Positions 9,442 through 15,101 of a DNA stretch of 64,000 nt are shown here, in pieces. Both the position numbers and the translations under genes were made by a program. Within the stretch, counting starts at the first letter, position 1; each line of letters begins with the position of its first letter. A model generated the notes under the pieces. That model saw only the letters and a list, made by a program, of their open reading frames with translations, was not told the origin of the DNA and did not search any database. The stretch spans positions 1,516,361 through 1,580,360 of the forward strand of contig CBDDIF010000002.1 of the NCBI GenBank assembly GCA_965228785.1, given 5' to 3'. This DNA comes from Hoeflea sp. GTDB taxonomy: Bacteria > Pseudomonadota > Alphaproteobacteria > Rhizobiales > Rhizobiaceae.

Positions 9442-11370
9442 ATGACGATACATGCCCAGAAGCCGGCCGCGGCAAAAGCGCCCCCGGCGAAGCTCCTGAA
9501 GAAAATCCACTCCCTGCAGAAGCGTGGCAAATTCCGCGAAAGCAGACCGCTATGCGACCGGCTCGCCGGACAGGGTTTTCTGAGCCCCGACTTGCTGCAC
9601 TTTCATGGCCTGGCCCTGCGGGCCGACAACGACCTGGAAGGCGCGCTCGTCAAGATTTTCGCTGCAACAGAGATGAAACCGAACGACGCGCTGATGCTGA
9701 ATTCGCTGGGCGTCGTTCTCCTGCAGATGAACGAGATCGAACCCGCGATCGAGCAGTTCAAACGGGCCACCAACGCCGACCAGAAACTCTACGAGGCCTG
9801 GAAGAATCTGGGCGTGGCGCTCAAAAAAGCAGAGCGCTATCCGGCAGCCCAGATGGCGTTCACCTGTGCCCATCACCTTGATCGCACCCAGCCGGAACCG
9901 GTGCTCAACATCGTTCACATGCTCATCGACAATCGGCACTACAAGAAAGCCGAGGAGTTGATGGACAAGCTGCTTGATGCGAGCAGCCAGGTGAGCCCAA
10001 GCTTCCTGCTTCAGCGGCTGCACATCGCTGCCCGCCTTGAGGATTTCGACTACATCACCGAGAATCGAGACCGGATCGACCGGGCGGGTCTCACCATCGA
10101 TGAACAGGCCGAGCTCGACAACATCTGGTCCTTCTACCTGCAGATCCACGGCCGCTACGACGAAGCGATCGCGGTGCTGGAAGACTGGGTCGACAGGGAG
10201 TCGGTCCACCAGGAACATTGCGTCACGCAGCTCGGGCTGTGCTACGCGGAAGCCGGCCGGATCGACGCGGGTATTGCCTACCACAAGGACCTGTTGGCCA
10301 AGAACCCCGATCACGTTGTCGGACGCTACAATCTCAGCATGCTGCAGATGAAGAGCGGCGATGTCGCTGAAGGCTTCGCAAACTACGAGGCGCGCTGGAA
10401 GCGGCGCGAGTTTCCTTCAAAACGCCGGGTGTTTGATGCTCCACGCTGGGAAGGCCAGCCACTCGAGGGCAAAAAGCTGCTCGTCTGGCGCGAACAGGGG
10501 ATCGGTGACGAAGTGCGGTTCGCATCCCTGTTGCCGGATCTTGAGACGTCCGGCGCTTCGGTGTCGTTCGAATGTACGCCCAAACTCGCACCGCTTTGGG
10601 AACGGTCCTTTCCCTGGGCAGCCATTGGGCACGAAGGCGAGACCGACTGCCGCGGTGAAGCAGAATACCGGGATTTCGATTATCAAATTCCGGCCGGTTC
10701 GCTGGCTACATTCCTGCGACCCTGCGTCGACGCGTTCAGCGAAAAACAGTCGGCCTGGATCCGACGCTATGGTGATGTGGAGCAGAATGTCCGCGAGCAA
10801 TTGGCGATCGGGCGCGACGAAACGCTCATCGGCGTGTGCTGGCGCTCCTCCTTCCGGGCCACCTCGCGAGAGCGCTATTTCCTCGGATGCGATCAGTTGG
10901 AACCGCTGAAGACGCTGCCGAACACCCGCTGGCTCAACGTGCAATACGATTGCAGCGACGAGGAAATCGAAACCGTCCGCAATCTCGGCCTTCCGCTGCA
11001 TCACTTCACCGACGTCGATCAGCGGGATGACCTGGTCAGCGCATGCGGCCTGATTGGCGCCTGCGACGTGGTGATTTCCGTGGGCGTTTCGGTCGCCGAC
11101 CTGGCGGCCGGTCTCGGCGTTCCCGTCGTTCAGTTCGGTCGCGAACAGTCCGAGATCTTCCTGGGCACAGATCATGTGCCGTGGTTCCCGACCTGCCTGT
11201 CCGTGCGGATGAAACCCTATGGCGGCGACGAGGCTATCGCGGATGTCATCGACCGGTGGCCGTCGATCCTTGAATGGGCAAAGGGTGTGACGACGGCAAA
11301 CAGGCAACCGTTGTCCGCAACGACCCCGCCCGCGAGCCTCAATCTTGAATACGAAGTCCTAAGGACATAG
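9442..11370 (+). CDS. TPR-repeat protein with C-terminal GT9 (heptosyltransferase)-like GT-B domain; candidate glycosyltransferase
   Basis: 642 aa. The N-terminal half has repeated TPR-like helices (..GALVKIFAATEMKPNDALMLNSLGVVLLQMNEIEPAIEQFKRA..). The C-terminal half has LLVWREQGIGDEVRFASLLPDL, typical of GT9-like domains. Confidence 0.6.
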   Translation: MTIHAQKPAAAKAPPAKLLKKIHSLQKRGKFRESRPLCDRLAGQGFLSPDLLHFHGLALRADNDLEGALVKIFAATEMKPNDALMLNSLGVVLLQMNEIEPAIEQFKRATNADQKLYEAWKNLGVALKKAERYPAAQMAFTCAHHLDRTQPEPVLNIVHMLIDNRHYKKAEELMDKLLDASSQVSPSFLLQRLHIAARLEDFDYITENRDRIDRAGLTIDEQAELDNIWSFYLQIHGRYDEAIAVLEDWVDRESVHQEHCVTQLGLCYAEAGRIDAGIAYHKDLLAKNPDHVVGRYNLSMLQMKSGDVAEGFANYEARWKRREFPSKRRVFDAPRWEGQPLEGKKLLVWREQGIGDEVRFASLLPDLETSGASVSFECTPKLAPLWERSFPWAAIGHEGETDCRGEAEYRDFDYQIPAGSLATFLRPCVDAFSEKQSAWIRRYGDVEQNVREQLAIGRDETLIGVCWRSSFRATSRERYFLGCDQLEPLKTLPNTRWLNVQYDCSDEEIETVRNLGLPLHHFTDVDQRDDLVSACGLIGACDVVISVGVSVADLAAGLGVPVVQFGREQSEIFLGTDHVPWFPTCLSVRMKPYGGDEAIADVIDRWPSILEWAKGVTTANRQPLSATTPPASLNLEYEVLRT

Positions 11371-11441
11371 GGCGCAACGGCGCTTGACGGCGAGCCAACC
11401 TGCGTTTTTGCAGACCGTTGCGGCCCTTTCTGTAGACTTTC

Positions 11442-12638
11442 TTACGGTGCCTGGACGATGCCTTCTCCGACATCTTCACGTTCGGCAGAGGCTACCAGTG
11501 CGCTACGGTCTGCGGTCGCCAGCAACTGGCCGGAAAGCACATCGCTGCGGATCCCTCCGCTTTCATCAAGCTGCTTCTGAGCCCAAAGGGCCGCAACACC
11601 GGCGACGTGCGGTGTGGCCATGCTGGTGCCACTCATACCGGTCAGGCCACCGCCGACCGCAGCGGAGATAACGTTGACGCCAGGGCCCGAAAGGTTGCAT
11701 TGCGTGTTGGAAAAACGAGCCACGTCATGGCCGCTTGATCCGCCCTCTGACAGCGCGCCGACAGACAAGATTCCGGTTCCGGCAGCAGGCGGGCTCACCG
11801 CAATTTCGAATTGCGGTCGTTCTGACTCATTGCCCGAGGCTGCAACGATCAGAGTGGCTTCCTGAATGGCATTCTGGCTTACGAGCAGATCCGCCAGGCG
11901 CGAGAACAGGTTGACATTCGCACGGTATTGCTCGAGCGCGATCGAAGTCGCCGGTTCTACTTGAAAGCCCGCGTCAACCAACTGTTTGACAAATCCGGGA
12001 AAATCGATCCCAAGGGACATCGAAACCACATTGGCGCCTTCGCGAACCGACCACTGAATGGCCTCGACCAGTTTGGCCGACGATCCACCTCCCTGCCCCA
12101 ATACTTTCCCTATGATAGCGTCGGTAACGCCGGTCGCCACGCCGATGCGCAATCCATTGACATCGCGACCAAAAATCGTTCCGGCGCAGTGAGTGCCGTG
12201 GCCATGCTGATCGTCATCGCCCTCGGCCGTGAAGTTCTTGCGGGTCAGATTGACACCGTTGAATGCTGGATGGTTCGGGTCAATTCCGGTATCGAGCACC
12301 GCGACCTTGATGCCCTCGCCATCAAACTGGGATTGAGGCGCTCCGACAGCTTGCACGCCCCAGGTCGCTCCTCCCGCCAGCGCGCTGGCGTCCGGTGGCG
12401 TCACATCCATTGGCTCAATCAATTGCAGCGGCATCGGTGCCGCTATTGCCTTTGTGCGGGGATCGCGGCGCAGATCGTCTCGTTCTGCCTTCGAAAGCGG
12501 CGCCACGGAAATGTCCAGCGTTTCCATGTTGGAGCTTGTGCTCGCACCAAGCGCCTCTGCCCCGGGCATGCCTAGATTGCCGGCCTCCGGAACGAACAGT
12601 CTTTCGGATCTCAATACGATAAAGTCCTGCTGCGTCAT
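11442..12638 (-). CDS. S8 family serine peptidase (subtilase) without a recognisable signal peptide
   Basis: Catalytic triad motifs VAVLDTGID (Asp), HGHGTHCAGTI (His) and GTSMATPHVAG (Ser). I chose the ATG at 12638 (MTQQDFIVLRSE..) because GGAGAG lies 4 nt upstream. Alternative starts are 12650 and 12692. Confidence 0.85.
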   Translation of the reverse strand: MTQQDFIVLRSERLFVPEAGNLGMPGAEALGASTSSNMETLDISVAPLSKAERDDLRRDPRTKAIAAPMPLQLIEPMDVTPPDASALAGGATWGVQAVGAPQSQFDGEGIKVAVLDTGIDPNHPAFNGVNLTRKNFTAEGDDDQHGHGTHCAGTIFGRDVNGLRIGVATGVTDAIIGKVLGQGGGSSAKLVEAIQWSVREGANVVSMSLGIDFPGFVKQLVDAGFQVEPATSIALEQYRANVNLFSRLADLLVSQNAIQEATLIVAASGNESERPQFEIAVSPPAAGTGILSVGALSEGGSSGHDVARFSNTQCNLSGPGVNVISAAVGGGLTGMSGTSMATPHVAGVAALWAQKQLDESGGIRSDVLSGQLLATADRSALVASAEREDVGEGIVQAP

Positions 12639-12801
12639 TTGGCTCTCCATCTCTGTATATTCGACTGAAGTTGCAGTGTTGGCCGGCCCCATCGGCCGCG
12701 GCCCCGTCTTGGGTGCCGCATTTTCGAACGATAGCGCGCAACGCTGTCGGACTATGTGAGTTTAGCCACATCAAAAGAAAAATGGTCACAGGCGACAAAT
12801 C

Positions 12802-12830
12802 GGTTGCTGTTTGCAACCGGAGCGTATAAA
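12802..12830 (+). promoter_or_regulatory. Promoter-like element with inverted repeat GGTTGC-N5-GCAACC, upstream of Y-RNA-like modules a+b
   Basis: ggttgctgtttgcaacc (12802-12818) overlaps a -35-like TTGCTG/GTTGCT. TATAAA at 12825-12830 follows at a 15-17 nt spacing. Module a begins about 11 nt after the -10. Confidence 0.4.
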
Positions 12831-12840
12831 CACCGCGCCT

Positions 12841-12898
12841 CCATTCGTGGCGAGGCGAAAGCTCCGGTTGAAACCGCTGTCAGCTTGTTCCCGAGTGG
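12841..12898 (+). ncRNA. Small Y-RNA-like stem-loop module a
   Basis: Closing helix CCATTCG/CGAGTGG, flanked by 5' TGGCGAGG and 3' TGTTCC, the signature shared by all five modules. Inner helix AAGCT/AGCTT. The loop contains GGTTGAAACC, as module c does. Confidence 0.5.
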
Positions 12899-12905
12899 CC
12901 CACAG

Positions 12906-13041
12906 CCGCAGGCGTGGCGTAGAACACGGTTACTTCGACTGTGAATCGAGAGGTTGTCGGTTCGAGCCCGACCCGGCCTGCCATGGGCCGGTAGCTCAAT
13001 TGGATAGAGCGCTTTACCGGTTCGCCTGTTCCCGCCTGCGG
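12906..13041 (+). ncRNA. yrlA: YrlA-like Y RNA (module b) with circularly permuted tRNA-like domain
   Basis: Perfect 9-bp closing helix CCGCAGGCG/CGCCTGCGG. T arm GTCGG-TTCGAGC-CCGAC at 12956-12972. 7-bp acceptor stem 12973-12979/12985-12991 with G-CCA retained in the capping loop. U8-A9 then D arm GCTC-AATTGGAT-AGAGC (12994-13010). Lies on the same strand upstream of the TROVE gene. Confidence 0.7.
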
Positions 13042-13105
13042 TGAGCCAACTCCATTCGTTCTGAGTTTGCTTCAGCCAGTCGAGCGGAATCTTTTTTCAT
13101 TTTCT

Positions 13106-13137
13106 ATGTTGCAATTTGCAACATAGGCAGATACATA
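13106..13137 (+). promoter_or_regulatory. Promoter-like TTGCAA-N17-TACATA embedded in a 19-nt palindrome, upstream of modules c+d
   Basis: atgttgcaa-t-ttgcaacat perfect 9-1-9 inverted repeat at 13106-13124. -35 TTGCAA at 13109-13114 and -10 TACATA at 13132-13137. A T-run at 13092-13097 just upstream may end the a+b transcript. Confidence 0.45.
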
Positions 13138-13145
13138 GCGCTCCG

Positions 13146-13216
13146 CCAATCGTGGTGAAGATGACGGTTACTTCATTCAGATTGAAACCAGACCGTCATC
13201 GCCTGTCCCCGAATGG
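13146..13216 (+). ncRNA. Small Y-RNA-like stem-loop module c (paralog of module a)
   Basis: Closing helix CCAATCG/CGAATGG (one mismatch), flanked by 5' TGGTGAAG and 3' TGTCCC. GGTG/CGCC mini-helix. 8-bp helix ATGACGGT/ACCGTCAT. The loop contains TACTTC and GATTGAAACC. Confidence 0.5.
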
Positions 13217-13221
13217 TTCAA

Positions 13222-13360
13222 GACCGCAGGCGTGGCGCAGATCGCAGATACTTCTTAATCTGTGGTCGCGGGTTCGAATCCCGCCGCTCCGAAAGGAGTG
13301 TAGCTCAGCCCGGTAGAGCAGCAGCACCCAAACTGTGGTCGCCTGTTCCCGCCTGCGGTC
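13222..13360 (+). ncRNA. yrlA: YrlA-like Y RNA (module d) with circularly permuted tRNA-like domain
   Basis: Perfect 11-bp closing helix GACCGCAGGCG/CGCCTGCGGTC. T arm GCGGG-TTCGAAT-CCCGC at 13268-13284. Acceptor-like stem CGCTCC/GGAGTG capped by a GAAA tetraloop (13285-13300). U8-A9 then D arm GCTC-AGCCCGGT-AGAGC (13301-13319). Confidence 0.7.
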
Positions 13361-13379
13361 CTGCCTTTTGTCGCATCCG

Positions 13380-13488
13380 CCCGTCCGGCGAGCGCGTGGC
13401 GTAGAAAACGGATACTTCGGTCATCCTTTAGCGGACGGGGTTCAACTCCCCAAGCCGTTTTCGAATGTTCCCGCGTTCGCCCGACGGG
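13380..13488 (+). ncRNA. Y-RNA-like module e (long closing helix, T-arm-like hairpin only)
   Basis: 17-position closing helix 13380-13396/13472-13488 with one C-C mismatch and one G-U. Same 5' TGGCGTAG and 3' TGTTCC signature. Inner helix GAAAACGG/CCGTTTTC. T-arm-like GGGG-TTCAACT-CCCC at 13437-13451. Ends 32 nt before the rsr ATG. Confidence 0.55.
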
Positions 13489-13520
13489 TCGGAAGCAATG
13501 AGTAACGATGGAGAAGAACG

Positions 13521-14819
13521 ATGCGCCTGAACATCGCGTCCCGCATTCCCGTCCGCCGCACCCATCAAGGTGCGCCGGCCAAGCACATCTCGCCGGAGGC
13601 GGCTCTTCGCCGCTCGGTTCTGTCGTGCCTGCTGTGGGAGAACGAGTTCTATGAGGACGGCCAGCACATCGCTGACCGTATCATCGAGCACGCCGCAGCG
13701 GTCGATCGCGAAACCGCATCGGCGCTGGCTGTGGAAGCACGTACCGTTTTCGGACTGCGCCACGCGCCGCTGATGCTGCTTCTCGACCTGATCCGCCGCG
13801 GCGGACCGGGCGTTGCGGACACAATCGCCGAAACCATCCGACGCGCCGACGAGATCACCGAACTGGTAGCGCTCTACTGGCGTGACGGCAAGCGGCCCTT
13901 GTCCAAGCAGATGAAGCTTGGATTGGCGAAGGCGTTCGGGAAGTTCTCCGAATACCAGCTGGCCAAGTACGACCGCGAAGGTCCGGTGCGGCTGCGCGAC
14001 GTGATGTTCCTCACCCACGCAAAGCCGCGGGATGCGGAACAGGCAGCACTGTTCATGCGGGTCGCGGACCGGTCGCTGAAGACTCCGGACACCTGGGAGG
14101 TCGCACTGTCGACCGGTCAGGACAAGAAGGCGTCATTCGAACGGCTGCTTCGCGAGGGCAAGCTCGGATATCTCGCCCTGCTGCGCAACCTGCGCAACAT
14201 GGCCGAGGCTGGCTGCGACCTGGAACTGGTCAAGGACGCCATCGTTGCCCGCAAAGGCGCCGACCTGGTCTTTCCGTTCCGCTACGTCGCTGCGGCCCGT
14301 GCCTGCCCGCAGCTCGAACCGGTCATAGACCAGGCGCTGTGTGAGGCCATTGCGTCAGCTCCACGGCTGACCGGCCGCACCATCGTGCTGGTCGACGTGT
14401 CCGGATCGATGAACTGCCGGCTGTCGGGGCGTTCCGACCTGACGCGAATGGACGCCGCCGCTGCACTGGCTTCGATCCTGCACGGCGAGCTTCGCCTGTT
14501 CACCTTTTCCACAGATGTGGTGGAAGTTCCGCCGCGGCGCGGCATGGCAGGCGTCGATGCGGTGGTGCAATCGCAACCACACCTGGGTACGCGGCTCGGC
14601 GCCGCGGTCAAGAAGGTGAACCGCCTGCCGCATGATCGGTTGATCGTCATTACCGACGAGCAGTCTCATGATGCGGTGCCGGACCCGAAGGCCGGACGAG
14701 CCTACATGATCAACGTCGGCTCCTACCGGAACGGCGTTGGTTATGGCCGCTGGACCCACATCGATGGGTTCTCGGAAGCCGTCATCCGCTTCATCACCGA
14801 GGTCGAGAATGACCGGTGA
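13521..14819 (+). CDS. rsr: Ro60-related protein (Rsr): TROVE domain plus vWA domain with MIDAS motif
   Basis: Matches Ro60 hallmarks: LGYLALLRNLRNM (cf. ALLRNL), FPFRYVAAA, IVLVDVSGSM (DxSxS MIDAS), LIVITDEQSH and a C-terminal GFSEAVIRFI. GGAGAAG RBS 6 nt upstream of the ATG. 432 aa. Confidence 0.85.
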   Translation: MRLNIASRIPVRRTHQGAPAKHISPEAALRRSVLSCLLWENEFYEDGQHIADRIIEHAAAVDRETASALAVEARTVFGLRHAPLMLLLDLIRRGGPGVADTIAETIRRADEITELVALYWRDGKRPLSKQMKLGLAKAFGKFSEYQLAKYDREGPVRLRDVMFLTHAKPRDAEQAALFMRVADRSLKTPDTWEVALSTGQDKKASFERLLREGKLGYLALLRNLRNMAEAGCDLELVKDAIVARKGADLVFPFRYVAAARACPQLEPVIDQALCEAIASAPRLTGRTIVLVDVSGSMNCRLSGRSDLTRMDAAAALASILHGELRLFTFSTDVVEVPPRRGMAGVDAVVQSQPHLGTRLGAAVKKVNRLPHDRLIVITDEQSHDAVPDPKAGRAYMINVGSYRNGVGYGRWTHIDGFSEAVIRFITEVENDR

Positions 14820-14997
14820 CGAGCTGAAACAGGCGGCAATCACACTCTTTGGCGAGCGCGGATGGCAATCCGCGCTCGCTCGCCATCTGGGCGTCGACCG
14901 CACCCAGATCTGGCGCTACGTCACAAACAACCGCGTCCCCGGTCCGGTCCGCGCCGCGGTGACCTGCTGGGTCAAACACGGGCCGCCGACGGACTGA
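14809..14997 (+). CDS. Small helix-turn-helix DNA-binding protein (Cro/YdaS-like), overlapping the rsr stop
   Basis: 62 aa: MTGDELKQAAITLFGERGWQSALARHLGVDRTQIWRYVTNNRVP.., with a plausible HTH at SALARHLGVDRTQIWRYV. The ATG at 14809 overlaps the rsr 3' end by 11 nt, suggesting translational coupling. The ORF-track start at 14737 lies inside rsr. Confidence 0.6.
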   Translation: MTGDELKQAAITLFGERGWQSALARHLGVDRTQIWRYVTNNRVPGPVRAAVTCWVKHGPPTD

Positions 14998-15101
14998 GCA
15001 CCCTGCCCTATTTCTTTCCCGGCCGCATTTGATCGCGGACTGCGTCTGTGCCATGAACCGGTTTCACAAACCGGGCGACACTCTCTCTTTCGGGAAGATC
15101 C

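Noticed and set aside
13043-13100. An intrinsic terminator between module b and the second promoter, suggested by the T-run cttttttc at about 13091-13098.
   Set aside because: I could only find a weak 4-5 bp stem upstream of the T-run. I mention it as a possibility in the promoter feature but do not call it as a terminator.
12956-13319. Canonical tRNA genes, suggested by perfect T-loops (GGTTCGAGCCC, GGTTCGAATCC) and D-arms (TAGCTCAATTGGATAGAGC, TAGCTCAGCCCGGTAGAGC).
   Set aside because: In both cases the T arm and acceptor 3' strand come before the acceptor 5' strand and D arm. No anticodon arm follows the D arm in normal order. The elements are enclosed by a long terminal helix. They are permuted tRNA-like domains of larger RNAs, not tRNA genes.
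12811-13404. ORF-track entries inside the RNA array: 12811-13044 (77 aa), 13116-13316 (66 aa), 13213-13404 (63 aa) and 12756-12944 (62 aa).
   Set aside because: They have no RBS and Arg/Pro/Cys-rich low-complexity translations. They overlap strongly structured, tRNA-like sequence, so the RNA interpretation explains the region better.
15058-15074. Hairpin CCGGTTT-cac-AAACCGG after the HTH gene, considered as a terminator closing the rsr module.
   Set aside because: The stem is only 7 bp and no U-tract follows. It is too weak to call, and it could equally belong to the leader of the VOC gene.
11442-15101. Treating the S8-Y RNA-rsr-HTH block as a defined mobile element or prophage remnant.
   Set aside because: I could find no integrase, transposase, flanking direct repeats or canonical tRNA attachment site at its borders. 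Horizontal origin remains possible but the sequence alone does not support it.
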